This document shows positions 47,803-58,819 of a stretch of 64,000 nt of DNA, in pieces; positions within the stretch are counted from its first letter, which is position 1; every line of letters starts with the position of its first letter. The notes beneath the pieces were generated by a model. That model had not been told where the DNA came from and did not search any database. It was given only the letters and a program-made list of their open reading frames with translations. The DNA is from Stomatohabitans albus. GTDB lineage: Bacteria; Actinomycetota; Nitriliruptoria; Euzebyales; Euzebyaceae. A program made the translations under genes and the position numbers. The stretch covers positions 239,364 through 303,363 of the forward strand of contig NZ_JAYKKE010000002.1 of NCBI RefSeq assembly GCF_036336025.1, in the 5' to 3' direction.

Positions 47803-48375
47803 GTGATGTCTACTTCATGCCGTAGCCCATTTCGTTCTCCACGTATCGCGGGTAGCGTCATAGGCGTTCACCTGCCTCAACCCAGCGCCTCGACCTGGCT
47901 TCACGTCCGTTTCTTAGCCTCATTACTTGCGGCTGGTACGGCACAACGTGTTGGTGTGCTGTCTACACGCCCACAACCTGAATCCCACGGTCTTTTTCAG
48001 CCGCTAGAGGGTCTTCTCGCTGCTTGCTATAGCGCAGCAAGCCGGTTATTGGGTGTACCGCCTGCACGACGAGTTGTTGACCAACGCCCCGGAGTTGATT
48101 GGTTCGCACCCATGCGGTCTGATGTGTGTTCGCCTGCTGATATTGAACGGGTTATCGAAGAAGCAAAGATAGGACGTAGCATAGTGCTCCTCATTGATCC
48201 GGAACCGTCCTGTCAGGTGAATTTGAACCTCGTTATTGGTGAGCACATCACCCTCTGTGAATACAATCACGAGTTCCCTCTCCCAACTACGAGCGCAGGG
48301 TGGGCAGCCATGAGTAGGACGGTCGTGGATACGTTGATTGCGCTTCGTGTCATACCGATTGAGCCCAGCCGATAG
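47803..48375 (+). CDS. doubtful ORF / hypothetical protein upstream of era
   Basis: Open frame, but the N-terminal half is compositionally odd (S/P/R-rich). Only the C-terminal 90 or so residues look protein-like. It overlaps the longest possible era start. Confidence 0.2.
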   Translation: MMSTSCRSPFRSPRIAGSVIGVHLPQPSASTWLHVRFLASLLAAGTAQRVGVLSTRPQPESHGLFQPLEGLLAACYSAASRLLGVPPARRVVDQRPGVDWFAPMRSDVCSPADIERVIEEAKIGRSIVLLIDPEPSCQVNLNLVIGEHITLCEYNHEFPLPTTSAGWAAMSRTVVDTLIALRVIPIEPSR

Positions 48376-48466
48376 ATATACAAGCAACTTTGCCCTGAGG
48401 CGACCCTCTATGTGCCAATCGTTGGAGGTGGACCAAGGCGGTGTTGGAGACAGATACGCTAAAGGC

Positions 48467-49375
48467 ATGGAGTTCACTGCTGTAGCCGAAGGTTTCCGTT
48501 CGGGGTTAGTTGCGATTGTTGGCCGTCCCAATGTGGGAAAGTCGACGTTATTGAATACCCTTGTTGGCGAAAAGGTTGCCATTACCACACCGATCGCACA
48601 AACAACACGACGTGTCATTCGTGGTATCGTCACCACACCATCTGCTCAGATTGTCTTTGTTGATACACCCGGCATTCATAAAGCAAAAAGCCTGCTTGGA
48701 CGACGATTAAACGATGCTGCACAAGCCCAATCAGTTGGGGTTGACGTCCTGGTATTTGTTGTGGATGGCAACACTGGCATTGGGACGGGCGATGAATGGG
48801 TGGCGACCAATGTGGTAGCAAGCCATAAGGGGCCCAAAATTGCGGTCATCAATAAAACAGACAAGTTTTCAAAAGACGCGCAACTACCCAAAATTGCCCA
48901 AGTCAGTGAACTTGCATCCTTTGATGCGATTATTCCCATCAGTGCACGTCGAGGGAAGCAAGTCGATGATGTCCTTAAGGCAATTATCACGCATCTGCCT
49001 GAAGGACCGTTGCTGTATGACCCAGATGACTATACCGACCAGACCATTAATGAGCTGATTGGTGAGGTAATTCGAGAGAAGGCTATGCACGGTATGCGTG
49101 AAGAGGTTCCGCACTCAATAGCGGTTGAAGTCGAGGACATCCTGCCGGGTAATAAGCGCGATGTTCAGGTTGTTCATGCCACCATTCTCGTTGAACGAGA
49201 TAGTCAGAAAGGCATCATCATTGGGAATCGTGGCGCCAACTTATCCAATATCGGACGTGCGGCCCGTCCAGAGATTGAGGACATTCTTGGGTCTCGGGTG
49301 TATCTCGATCTTCGTGTAAAACTCTTTGCACAGTGGCAGTCTGACCCTAAGAAGCTCGGACAATTGGGGTTATAA
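48467..49375 (+). CDS. era: GTPase Era
   Basis: G1 GRPNVGKSTL, G3 DTPG, G4 NKTD, and a C-terminal KH domain. I chose the start at MEFTAVAEGFRSG... (ATG at 48467); the longer TTG-initiated ORF begins at 48338. Confidence 0.85.
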   Translation: MEFTAVAEGFRSGLVAIVGRPNVGKSTLLNTLVGEKVAITTPIAQTTRRVIRGIVTTPSAQIVFVDTPGIHKAKSLLGRRLNDAAQAQSVGVDVLVFVVDGNTGIGTGDEWVATNVVASHKGPKIAVINKTDKFSKDAQLPKIAQVSELASFDAIIPISARRGKQVDDVLKAIITHLPEGPLLYDPDDYTDQTINELIGEVIREKAMHGMREEVPHSIAVEVEDILPGNKRDVQVVHATILVERDSQKGIIIGNRGANLSNIGRAARPEIEDILGSRVYLDLRVKLFAQWQSDPKKLGQLGL

Positions 49376-49380
49376 CACGA

Positions 49381-50115
49381 TTGGGCTCCCGTCATTTCGA
49401 AACCGAAGGCCTTGTCGTCCGCACCTACGACTTTGGTGAAACGGATCGTATTATCGTGCTCCTCACGCCCAATGATGGCATCATCAGATGCGTTGCTAAA
49501 GGTGTCCGTCGGCCAGGGAGCCGATTCGGGGGAGCGCTAGAACTACATGCGCTGGTACGCGTAGACCTTACGCAAGGAGCAAACCTTGCGTTCATTAATC
49601 AGACACTCCTTATTCGGCCCCATGTGCATATTGCTCGTGACTGGGTACGTGCGACTTGTGCCGCAACGATGGCGGAGGCGGTCGGGTTAGTTGGCCAGGA
49701 GGGACAACGTGATTTCCCCTTGTTTAAGGGGCATCTGGATGTGCTGGATCTTCTTGATCACGGTCCAACGTATCCAGTGAATATTGTTGATGCTGCCTTG
49801 TTACGCCTTTGTGCAAGTCAGGGTGTTGCACCTTCAATCAGTGAATGTGCTCAAGGTGATCAATTGCCAGTGGTGGGGTTTAGTGTGGCTCATGGGGGTG
49901 CTGTTTGTGCGCGGCACCTCCCAGGCGAATTTGCCCGATTGGAGCATGATGAACTTGCAACCTTACGGATTCTTGGAGCGGGTGATTGGGCAACGATTAG
50001 TGATACCTATTTGCCACCCAAACCGGGGCAGTTAATCTATCGCTGGACTACAGCTCATCTCCATATCACATTGAAATCGTGGTCAGTTATTCCTCGTGAC
50101 CCCAATATGACCTAG
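49381..50115 (+). CDS. recO: DNA repair protein RecO
   Basis: An OB-fold N-terminus (...GLVVRTYDFGETDRIIVLLT...) and a Cys-containing C-domain. Canonical era-recO order. Confidence 0.8.
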   Translation: MGSRHFETEGLVVRTYDFGETDRIIVLLTPNDGIIRCVAKGVRRPGSRFGGALELHALVRVDLTQGANLAFINQTLLIRPHVHIARDWVRATCAATMAEAVGLVGQEGQRDFPLFKGHLDVLDLLDHGPTYPVNIVDAALLRLCASQGVAPSISECAQGDQLPVVGFSVAHGGAVCARHLPGEFARLEHDELATLRILGAGDWATISDTYLPPKPGQLIYRWTTAHLHITLKSWSVIPRDPNMT

Positions 50116-50133
50116 GACGGGCACACTAGAACA

Positions 50134-51312
50134 ATGCAGTTAACCTTTACCGGTCACGGTCCCAATTCGCGAACGCTTTCAGTACCCGTTGCTGTCGTGC
50201 TCGCACCGATGGCAGGAGTGACGAACCCTCCGTTCCGTCGCCTCTGTAGAGAATACGGTGGGGGGCTTTTTACAAGTGAAATGGTTGGTGCGCGATCCCT
50301 GCTCGAAACCTGGGCGCGACTGGATAAGGATAAATCCATCAGCGAAGGTAAGGAACGCGTATTACTACGGGCATCCTTTGATCCCGATGAGCCAGTGCGT
50401 AGTTTGCAGCTATACGGGACTGATCCCAGTTCCATGCATGATGCGGTAGCGCGCCTCGTTGCTGATGGGCATGTTGACCATATTGATCTGAATATGGGCT
50501 GTCCAGCGATAAAGGTCACCCGCCATGGCGGTGGGGCTGCACTTCCTTGGAAACTTGACCACGCGATTGCCATTATCGATGCTGCGGTACGGGGTGCTGA
50601 CGGTGTACCAGTTACGGTTAAAAGCCGTTTAGGTATTGATGATGATCACCTCTACGCCTATGACTTAGCCGTAGGCGCGGCACAGGTTGGCGCGGCAGGG
50701 TTTACCTTGCATGCACGGACGGCTGAACAGGCCTATAGCGGCCATGCCTATTGGCAGGCTATTGGCGAACTTGTCCGTGATGTGCCCACGATTCCTATTT
50801 TGGGTAACGGCGATATTTTTTCTGGTTACGATGCCCGTGAAATGGCTGCCCAAACCGGTTGTGCCGGTGTGGTCGTTGGCCGGGGTTGCCTCGGCCGGCC
50901 GTGGCTCTTTAGAGATATCGAAGCCGCACTCAACCATCAGAGCATTCCAGCGCCGCCTACCTTAGGTGACGTGTGCACCATGATTATTCGCCACACCGAA
51001 CTGTTGGTGGAGTATCTAGGTATGCGATCAGGTTGTTTGGAGATTCGCAAACACACTGGTTGGTACCTTCAGGGATTCCCCGTTGGGGGACAACTTCGTA
51101 AACGTCTCCATCATGTTGAACATATCGATGAAGTTCGTGCGGCATTGGCTGACTTGCCAGCTGATCTTCCAATGCCACCTGAAGCGGCTCATATGAAACG
51201 AGGGCATACGCATGGCCCGAAGCCAGTTCGTTTGCCACAAGGCTGGATGGATTCACGACAGATGGACGGTGAGCTGGCTCCTGAAGCTGATATCGTCCTG
51301 AGTGGGGGATGA
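50134..51312 (+). CDS. tRNA-dihydrouridine synthase (Dus family) with C-terminal extension
   Basis: VVLAPMAGVTNPPFRRL... FMN-binding TIM barrel. Catalytic Cys in LNMGCP. Confidence 0.8.
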   Translation: MQLTFTGHGPNSRTLSVPVAVVLAPMAGVTNPPFRRLCREYGGGLFTSEMVGARSLLETWARLDKDKSISEGKERVLLRASFDPDEPVRSLQLYGTDPSSMHDAVARLVADGHVDHIDLNMGCPAIKVTRHGGGAALPWKLDHAIAIIDAAVRGADGVPVTVKSRLGIDDDHLYAYDLAVGAAQVGAAGFTLHARTAEQAYSGHAYWQAIGELVRDVPTIPILGNGDIFSGYDAREMAAQTGCAGVVVGRGCLGRPWLFRDIEAALNHQSIPAPPTLGDVCTMIIRHTELLVEYLGMRSGCLEIRKHTGWYLQGFPVGGQLRKRLHHVEHIDEVRAALADLPADLPMPPEAAHMKRGHTHGPKPVRLPQGWMDSRQMDGELAPEADIVLSGG

Positions 51313-51352
51313 GTGGATGCTCCACATGATAGGAACAACGAGTAGGTAGGCC

Positions 51353-52693
51353 ATGCAACCGGTCCTTGCTATTGATATTGGAAATGCATGGATTCGTGTA
51401 GGTATTGTTGGTATTGACGGTACGGTACTGGCATCGGCGGCTCGTCCGATACGCACCTCTATGCCCAATGATGGGTGGGCTGAACAAGACCCAGAGCATT
51501 GGGTTGCCACAATAGTTGACTTGGTTCAAGCGGTACGGCGTGCCTATCCAACGACCTACATCCATGCCATTGGAGTAACTGGTCAGTCACGTGTTGTTCT
51601 TGCTCAACACCAATATGCAATCGTGGCCGCAGACACACGACATCTGGCAATTCTAGATTTGCCATCAACGCTTGAGCCGACTCTTGCTCAACGCCTGGAT
51701 GCCCAATTGGTGTGGGCATCTCAAGCCCATTGGAACCCAGGGCCCCTTCATCTCAGTGCTCATGGGTGGCTCCTGGCCTACCTGGGTGCCGAACCGGTTA
51801 TCGACTTGTATGCCGCAGCACAAAGCGGTGGACTAGACCGTACAACATTGCGTTGGAGAAGTGATCTTTCGCAGGATGGCTGGGAGCTTCCTGCTATCAA
51901 GGTGAAACCATCGGTTGTTGGGTACCTCAACACCCTTGGAGCTACCCTTCTTGACTGTGATGAAGGGACACCGCTCGTACTTGCACCTTCGGGTGAAGCA
52001 GGGCTTATTGATGCGGTATTCGGTCGGTACGTTGGGTCTGGTCTTATTCAGCTTGGGGCACGGGTCGGTATCTCAGTCTTAACCGAATGTGATGAACCAA
52101 CACACCCAACCATGACACCCTACCCTGCTTTTCCTGGGTTTAATGTGGTTGAGTATATGATCTCGAACCCGATGGCGGGATTGCATTGGGCCCGCAAAAT
52201 GTGGATGCCATCAATGAGTACCCAAGAGGCTGATCTTGCTCTCATTCAATCAGGCGCACATGTAGGTACGTCTCAGCTTGTGATGGCTGAAATCGCACTG
52301 ACAACGTTTGCGCTCACAGGTATGACACAACAGACTCAACCCTGGCAGGGCTACCTTGCCGCCTATGAATACCTTGCCTTTCAACTTGGCGATGCAGCCA
52401 ATCAGATGGGATTAACCCCAGATATCGTGCCCCTACTAGGTATTCCTGTCACCCATCCCATCTGGCCGCAATTGCTTGCTGATGTGCTCAACCGTCCAGT
52501 GAGCGCGATACGACCAGCCGTAGTGAGTCTCTATCGTTGTGTAGATGCAATTACTCAAGCCTTTAATTGGCCTAGCCCTGCCCCCCTCTTAGGCGATGGT
52601 ATTTGTATTTACCCGGGGCCTCGGGCTCAGATCTATGCAGAACAGCGCGAGCACGCCCGAGCCGTGCGTGCGCATCTTCACGTATTGCCCTGA
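51353..52693 (+). CDS. divergent FGGY-family carbohydrate-kinase-like protein
   Basis: N-terminal LAIDIGNAWIRVGIV...DGWAEQDPEHW resembles the FGGY N-domain. Shorter and more divergent than canonical kinases. Confidence 0.4.
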   Translation: MQPVLAIDIGNAWIRVGIVGIDGTVLASAARPIRTSMPNDGWAEQDPEHWVATIVDLVQAVRRAYPTTYIHAIGVTGQSRVVLAQHQYAIVAADTRHLAILDLPSTLEPTLAQRLDAQLVWASQAHWNPGPLHLSAHGWLLAYLGAEPVIDLYAAAQSGGLDRTTLRWRSDLSQDGWELPAIKVKPSVVGYLNTLGATLLDCDEGTPLVLAPSGEAGLIDAVFGRYVGSGLIQLGARVGISVLTECDEPTHPTMTPYPAFPGFNVVEYMISNPMAGLHWARKMWMPSMSTQEADLALIQSGAHVGTSQLVMAEIALTTFALTGMTQQTQPWQGYLAAYEYLAFQLGDAANQMGLTPDIVPLLGIPVTHPIWPQLLADVLNRPVSAIRPAVVSLYRCVDAITQAFNWPSPAPLLGDGICIYPGPRAQIYAEQREHARAVRAHLHVLP

Positions 52694-52715
52694 TACTGAC
52701 GGTGTACGAAATACG

Positions 52716-53411
52716 TCACTTAAGGGTCGCATAGTGAGCGATTCCAACGGCGCGGACCTTCTCCCAATCAAGGGTTACCCAGGGACTCAGCGCATTCGAA
52801 ATGAGCCAGTCCATGTGTAGTGCATAGGCGGAGCGAATAGTTGACGGGTAGGTTTCCAACGCACTCGGAAGTTGATCACATATCACGGCAGCGTAGTCAG
52901 ACCAACTTGCTAGGTTAGGATCCCGCACGATCGTATGAATCGCTCGGATGCAGATGGATTGATAGTTGGTAAAGGTGATGTAACCCACATCATGGGCCGC
53001 ACAAATCATGTGCAGGATCATGCCGGCTTCGACCATATCGGTGTCGTTATAGTGACTCAGAACAGCGTCCAAGGACGACGCGTCGATAATTTCACCATTC
53101 CACTCGTAGAGATTGCCTTGAAGTACATGAATGTACTCAGGTGCGATGTGACCGAATCCATAGAGCCGTTTTAGGCTGCCAAACGATTCATATAACCGCC
53201 AAGGGCAAGCAAACGCAAGGCTGACGGTTTCCAGCGAAGGTGGGTCACAGGTTGCGATAAGGGATCGGGTATCAGCTTCATCGTTTGGATGGTGCTCTTG
53301 CAAGTGTGTAGCCAGGCTTAATTCCTCACCCGTTAGCTCATCCTCATCTATTGGCACACGCTTAAACCAGCCTTCCAACCGCTGTCGTATCGGGCATATC
53401 CGTTCGGCCAT
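52716..53411 (-). CDS. hypothetical protein (231 aa)
   Basis: Clean ORF, no recognised motifs. Divergent from maf. Confidence 0.4.
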   Translation of the reverse strand: MAERICPIRQRLEGWFKRVPIDEDELTGEELSLATHLQEHHPNDEADTRSLIATCDPPSLETVSLAFACPWRLYESFGSLKRLYGFGHIAPEYIHVLQGNLYEWNGEIIDASSLDAVLSHYNDTDMVEAGMILHMICAAHDVGYITFTNYQSICIRAIHTIVRDPNLASWSDYAAVICDQLPSALETYPSTIRSAYALHMDWLISNALSPWVTLDWEKVRAVGIAHYATLK

Positions 53412-53503
53412 AGGTGTCCTTCGTGTCCGATGATTTGATAATGGTCAGGTGTACGACCAACCTTAGGCAACCTTGATGAACTTATCCTTTATGCTATTGG
53501 TCT

Positions 53504-54088
53504 ATGTCACGTTTGATCCTTGCCTCTGCAAGTCCACGCCGTCACGATCTACTGGTTAACCGACTTGGTCTCACCGTCGATGTTCAAGTCCCTGACGTTG
53601 ATGAGACACCACAACGAGCTGAAGCTCCTGTAGCCTTGGTCCAGCGGTTAGCGAAACGGAAAGCCGAAGCGGTCACGGCTGACGCAGACGATGTTGTGAT
53701 TGCGGCGGATACGTTGGTCATTGTTGACGGCGACATTTTAGGGAAGCCAGCCACCCCTGACGAAGCAACCAGCATGTTACGTCGCCTTAATGGCACCACC
53801 CATAGTGTGTTAACCGCTGTCTGTGTGCGTCATGATGAGCGATATGCAACAGGCGTTGAACGATCACACATCCGAATTCGCCGTATGAGCAATGAAGAAA
53901 TTGACTGGTATGTGAACACCGGTGAACCAATGGACAAAGCCGGTGGGTATGCGGTGCAGGGTATCGGTGGGATTTTTGTCGAACATGTCGACGGGAGCGA
54001 GACGGCAGTTATCGGCTTACCACTCGCACAAACCCACCAACTCGTTTCTTCTCTCGGTGCCGACCTTATGGCCTTCCGTACAGCCTAA
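53504..54088 (+). CDS. maf: Maf-family nucleoside triphosphate pyrophosphatase
   Basis: LILASASPRR...G motif, and overall Maf length and order. Confidence 0.85.
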   Translation: MSRLILASASPRRHDLLVNRLGLTVDVQVPDVDETPQRAEAPVALVQRLAKRKAEAVTADADDVVIAADTLVIVDGDILGKPATPDEATSMLRRLNGTTHSVLTAVCVRHDERYATGVERSHIRIRRMSNEEIDWYVNTGEPMDKAGGYAVQGIGGIFVEHVDGSETAVIGLPLAQTHQLVSSLGADLMAFRTA

Positions 54089-54165
54089 TGTGTGGTCAGC
54101 ACTACCTCGCGCCTAGGCAACCGTTCACCGTGTAGGTACGTTGACCTAGCGTTTTGTCTGAATGC

Positions 54166-56514
54166 CTAGGTGCTCTGTTCAGGAATTGCTCGACCTGATA
54201 CATGCTTCCCCAGCGCTGTTGAATCACCTGGATCAGGAGTTTTCGAGCGGGTTGCGAGAGGTACTGTCTCTGGTCGAACAACCGTCCATCCCACCTCGGT
54301 TGGTGCATGGATAACTTCTCCACTACCTGCAAATGCAAGTGTTCCGATACCGGTAAGTACACCCTTTCCGTTCCGCCCTTGAACAGGGAAGTCGGACGCA
54401 GGTACGCGTTTCATGGCTCCATTTTCTCCCAGAACCAGTACGTCATGGTCAGGATCAATGACGGTGGCACTAACCACATAGGCATCAGATGGCAGTTTCA
54501 TTGCTGCTACACCGGTTGTGGTTCTCCCGGTTGGACGAATCTCATCACTGTCAAACACGATGGCTTGACCACGATTACTGGCCAACATGATCTGTCCACC
54601 GGGCCGAAGCAGCAGACAGGCAACAATGGCATCCCCTGGTTTGACACCTGTCGCGGCAATGGTCCGGTTTCGGGTGTCGTACTCCTTAAGCGGTGTCCGT
54701 TTCACGAATCCTTTGGCTGAAACGGTAATGAGGTCGAAGGGTCCTTGTAGGTCTAATGGCACCGCCCCGGCCAATGTGGTGCCAGGCTCCGTGACCATCA
54801 TCCCACGCTGACGGGCGCTAACCACACCAATATCAGTGAGGTTCACACGAGTACCTTCCCCGGTGGAACTGACCAACAGCAGCTGTGCATCACCGTTACA
54901 CCTCATAACGGCAACTGCAGGGTCTTGGCCGCTATGTGCCGCGCTCATTTGTTGTTGGGCAACCGGTTTTATATAACCACCGGCGCTGATATAAACGGTG
55001 ACTGCTTGTGCCGCTAGCTGTGGACTAAGATGGGTTGAACTGTTTGTATCTGGATTGATGAGATGGGTACGGCGAGGGTTGGCAAAACGGGCATCAATGT
55101 CATCAAGCTCGCTGATGAGCACACGATCTAATTCAGTTGGGTCATCCAAAATCTGGCACAGTCGCTCAATCAGGGTGCGTAACGATTCAGCTTCCTCTAT
55201 CAGCTTGTGATGCTCTAATTGTGCTAACCGACGAAGCTGCATATCTAAGACCGCTGTTGCCTGTGGCTCACTCATTCCGAATTGTGCCATCAGTTCGGTT
55301 CGTGCTGCTGCAGCGCTGGCGGCTGCTCGGATAAGGCCGATAACATCGTCAAGGTTGTCTAACGCGATGAGGAGTCCATCAATGATATGGAGGCGCTGGC
55401 GGGCGTGTGTTAGACGATATTGGGTGCGCCGAGTAATAACTTCACGCTGATGAGCGACGTAGGCGTGCAATATCTCCATGAGCCCGAGTGTTTTAGGCCG
55501 CCCTTCATGTAGCGCGACCATATTGACACTGAAATTGGAGCGGAGATCGGTCAGGTCATAGAGCCGGTCCAACATCTGCATTGGGTCCACACCACGTTTG
55601 AGTTCAATAACGATCCGCATACCGTCACGACTAGATTCATCACGTAAATCGCGGATACCATCAAGGCGTTTCGCTTTTGTGAGATCGGCAATCTTTGCGA
55701 TTAGGGCTGACTTATTAACCTGGTATGGAATTTCGGTGATAACAATACGGGGCAAGCCGCCGCTGCGTGTTTCCGTAGCCGCAACAGCTTCCATTTGAAT
55801 GCTGCCCTTCCCGGTGGCATAGGCGGTCCGGATGTCGTCGGAAACGAGGATGCGAGCGCCGGTTGGAAAATCAGGAGCGGGAAGATGGGTCATCACCTGG
55901 TCCAACGTGGCGGTTGGGTTCGTGATCACTTCTTTGCACGCGGCAATCGCTTCGCTCAAATTGTGCGGTGGAATAGAAGTAGCAAAACCGACGGCGATAC
56001 CCGATGCGCCATTAACCAACAAGTTGGGGAACCGAGCGGGGAGTACCTCGGGCTGGACTTCATGACCGTCATAGTTGGGTTCGAAGGCAACCGTATCATC
56101 ATCAATGTCAGCGAGTAACTGCATAGCGATGGGGGAGAGCCGCGCTTCGGTATAGCGAAATGCTGCCGGAGGGTCCCCGTCGATGGAGCCAAAATTACCT
56201 CGCCCATCAATGAGTGGTTCACGAGTGACAAAGTCTTGAGCCATGCGCACGAGAGCTTCGTAAATACTCGAATCGCCATGCGGGTGGTATTTCTTCATCA
56301 CATCGCCCACAACGCTGGCGCATTTGCGATGACTGCGGTCAGCCAATAACCCTGCTTCGAACATGGCATACAAAATCCGTCGTTGAACGGGTTTTAGTCC
56401 ATCACGAATATCTGGTAGGGCGCGCGCCACGATAACGCTCATTGCGTAATCGAGGAAACTTGCCTCCATGCGGTCGGCAATATCAACGGGTTGAATTGAA
56501 GAGGGTTGATTCAT
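54166..56514 (-). CDS. type IIA DNA topoisomerase subunit A (ParC/GyrA-like paralog)
   Basis: N-terminal ...[19 protein letters not shown]..., an active-site Tyr region, and a C-terminal beta-pinwheel. 782 aa. No B subunit gene is adjacent. Confidence 0.8.
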   Translation of the reverse strand: MNQPSSIQPVDIADRMEASFLDYAMSVIVARALPDIRDGLKPVQRRILYAMFEAGLLADRSHRKCASVVGDVMKKYHPHGDSSIYEALVRMAQDFVTREPLIDGRGNFGSIDGDPPAAFRYTEARLSPIAMQLLADIDDDTVAFEPNYDGHEVQPEVLPARFPNLLVNGASGIAVGFATSIPPHNLSEAIAACKEVITNPTATLDQVMTHLPAPDFPTGARILVSDDIRTAYATGKGSIQMEAVAATETRSGGLPRIVITEIPYQVNKSALIAKIADLTKAKRLDGIRDLRDESSRDGMRIVIELKRGVDPMQMLDRLYDLTDLRSNFSVNMVALHEGRPKTLGLMEILHAYVAHQREVITRRTQYRLTHARQRLHIIDGLLIALDNLDDVIGLIRAAASAAAARTELMAQFGMSEPQATAVLDMQLRRLAQLEHHKLIEEAESLRTLIERLCQILDDPTELDRVLISELDDIDARFANPRRTHLINPDTNSSTHLSPQLAAQAVTVYISAGGYIKPVAQQQMSAAHSGQDPAVAVMRCNGDAQLLLVSSTGEGTRVNLTDIGVVSARQRGMMVTEPGTTLAGAVPLDLQGPFDLITVSAKGFVKRTPLKEYDTRNRTIAATGVKPGDAIVACLLLRPGGQIMLASNRGQAIVFDSDEIRPTGRTTTGVAAMKLPSDAYVVSATVIDPDHDVLVLGENGAMKRVPASDFPVQGRNGKGVLTGIGTLAFAGSGEVIHAPTEVGWTVVRPETVPLATRSKTPDPGDSTALGKHVSGRAIPEQST

Positions 56515-56546
56515 CGTGATTTTCCGCTTCGCTAGACGGCTAGACC

Positions 56547-57812
56547 TTAGCGTCCACGCAAGGTGGCCAGGGCTTGTTTGACACTCATACCTTGGTAGGC
56601 GAGTGCACCGGCACCAAACAGACGGGCTCCAACCCTAAAGAAGATTCCACCAATGGCAAGCTGCATGAGGAGCGCTAATCCAACTTGGATAGGGTCCATA
56701 TTGTCGACAGCATTGCGAATCATGACCGTAACTGGGCTTGTGAGTGGGAACCACGTCAGGATGGCTGTTACGAGAGATTCAGGTTCATTGACAATGAGCA
56801 ATAGCGCAGCGTAGGGCAACATTAACCCCATCACGACAAAGCCAAAGACTTGGCCGGCGTCTTTGGCATTACCCACCATAGAACCCGACATCGTTAATAA
56901 CCCACTCGTCATCAAGAATGCAGCAAAGAAGAGGCCTATTGCGAGTATGGTGCGTACCGGGTCGATTGGAATATTGCCAAAACTGAATTGGCTGAGGGCT
57001 TGCACAGTGTCTACTGATGTATTAGCAACATTGGGGCCACCACCAAACCAAAGGGTGGCACCTATTGCCATAAGCAATACAACTGTGACCAGTGTCACTA
57101 CCTGGACAATGCCCAAGAGCAGTAGGCCGAGTACTTTCCCAAGCAATAGGTGCATGGGATCCATAGAGATCAGTACCATCTCAGTTACTCGGTTTTCTTT
57201 TTCTTCAACAGTAGCATTTACCATTTGATTACCGAGCAAAACAATTGAAAAATAGAATAGTATAAGGAAAACACCTGGAGCAATTATGTCTCTAAATTCT
57301 CCAGCAATTTCACCATTCTTATATGTAGTCAATGTGATATCTAGATGCGATTTTATGATTGATAGATAGTCTTTGTTGTTAATACGATCTGTTGCAGAAT
57401 CCTTTAATAAGTCATCAACAATAGTATAATATGCTGAATTGGAGAATAGTCCACGTTCCTTAGCGACAACTACTATTTTATCTTTTAATGGATTGGCTGG
57501 AACGTGGATAGCTGCATCAATCGCATTATCCTTTACTGATGAAATGCTAGATTCAATTGAATCTACAGGTGTCCCACCATATTCTTTGGCGATTGATTCT
57601 ACGATAATGTTGGAATCGTCCTGATAAACGAATGAAAACTCTTCACTCTTCCCAATCGAAATAGCTTCTGACGCACTTTTCCCACCAAGGCTTCCTAGAA
57701 TGCCGAAACCAGCAATCATTAATGGTAGTAATATAGTGAGAATCCAGAATGATTTTTTCTTTAGTGTTCGAGTCAACTCAAATTGAGTAACAGTAAAAAC
57801 TGAAGATTTCAT
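56547..57812 (-). CDS. ABC-2 family exporter permease with large extracytoplasmic loop
   Basis: N-terminal TM segment, a loop of about 150 aa, then five TM segments. Very AT-rich. Translationally coupled to the ATPase gene (overlap at 57809-57812). Confidence 0.65.
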   Translation of the reverse strand: MKSSVFTVTQFELTRTLKKKSFWILTILLPLMIAGFGILGSLGGKSASEAISIGKSEEFSFVYQDDSNIIVESIAKEYGGTPVDSIESSISSVKDNAIDAAIHVPANPLKDKIVVVAKERGLFSNSAYYTIVDDLLKDSATDRINNKDYLSIIKSHLDITLTTYKNGEIAGEFRDIIAPGVFLILFYFSIVLLGNQMVNATVEEKENRVTEMVLISMDPMHLLLGKVLGLLLLGIVQVVTLVTVVLLMAIGATLWFGGGPNVANTSVDTVQALSQFSFGNIPIDPVRTILAIGLFFAAFLMTSGLLTMSGSMVGNAKDAGQVFGFVVMGLMLPYAALLLIVNEPESLVTAILTWFPLTSPVTVMIRNAVDNMDPIQVGLALLMQLAIGGIFFRVGARLFGAGALAYQGMSVKQALATLRGR

Positions 57813-58729
57813 GCGCTCTCAGCTCCATATACAGAAATAAAAACATCATTCATACTTGATAAGAATGGAGTGAACGATCGAATTTGAACACGATTACGTA
57901 CGTAGGCATCGAGGACATCTGGAAGGGATACGTAGTCATCAATCTGTAATTCAGTATCCTCCCCATCTTCACCAAGCCGAGTAGTAATCTGCGTGACTCC
58001 AGGAAGCGGTGGTAATGGACCGTGATGGGTTACACGAACCCGCTGACCGCCGAATTGGCGGCGAACATCTTGAACAGTTCCATAGGCTGCGGCATTCCCA
58101 TCCTTAAGGAGTAATACACGGTCACAGACTTGTTCGACCTGTTCCATTTGGTGCGTAATGAGGACAATGGTTGCCCCACGCTGGTGATGATCTTCAATGA
58201 TTTCATTCAGTAATTGGCGATTAACCGGGTCAAGACCCTTGGTTGGTTCATCAAGTACAAGAATCTCAGGTTCATTCATGATCGTGACCCCGAGTTGAAT
58301 CTTCTGTTGCATACCCCCACTCAGCTTTTCAACTTTCTTATGTGCTGCGTCTGCAAGGTCAACACGCTCGAGATAATCGTTAATCCACCGTTGGGCATCT
58401 TTTGTCTGCATTCCCTTTAACCTGCCAAAAAAGGTCATGACATCTGTAACGGTTTCTTTGGTATATAACCCACGTTCCTCAGGTAAATACCCCAATGATG
58501 ACGCCATTTTGGTGGACCATGGCTTCCCATTAACAAGCAGTTTCCCATGTTGAGGGTTTAGCATGCCAAATAAGCATCGTAAGGTTGTTGTTTTACCTGA
58601 ACCATTGGAACCTAATAGCCCAAAAATCTCACCTTTATTGACTTCGAAGGATAAGCCATCAATGACCTTTTGGTCGCCAAACGACATTGAAAGATCAGCT
58701 ATTTCGATAACGCGTTCGTGGGTACTCAT
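57809..58729 (-). CDS. ABC transporter ATP-binding protein (with C-terminal accessory domain)
   Basis: Walker A GSNGSGKTT, signature LSGGMQQK, Walker B LVLDEPTKGLD. Confidence 0.85.
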   Translation of the reverse strand: MSTHERVIEIADLSMSFGDQKVIDGLSFEVNKGEIFGLLGSNGSGKTTTLRCLFGMLNPQHGKLLVNGKPWSTKMASSLGYLPEERGLYTKETVTDVMTFFGRLKGMQTKDAQRWINDYLERVDLADAAHKKVEKLSGGMQQKIQLGVTIMNEPEILVLDEPTKGLDPVNRQLLNEIIEDHHQRGATIVLITHQMEQVEQVCDRVLLLKDGNAAAYGTVQDVRRQFGGQRVRVTHHGPLPPLPGVTQITTRLGEDGEDTELQIDDYVSLPDVLDAYVRNRVQIRSFTPFLSSMNDVFISVYGAESA

Positions 58730-58819
58730 ATGACGAGCTTAACACGGTAATGATTTCATAAAGAGTAGGGAGGTGATGGAAATTACCTCCCTAAATCGAT
58801 TGGTAACTAAATAGCTGGG

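Noticed and set aside
48290-48330. T-box-like AGGGTGGGCAGCC upstream of era
   Set aside because: It does not match the T-box consensus AGGGTGGNACCGCG, and there is no specifier/antiterminator architecture.
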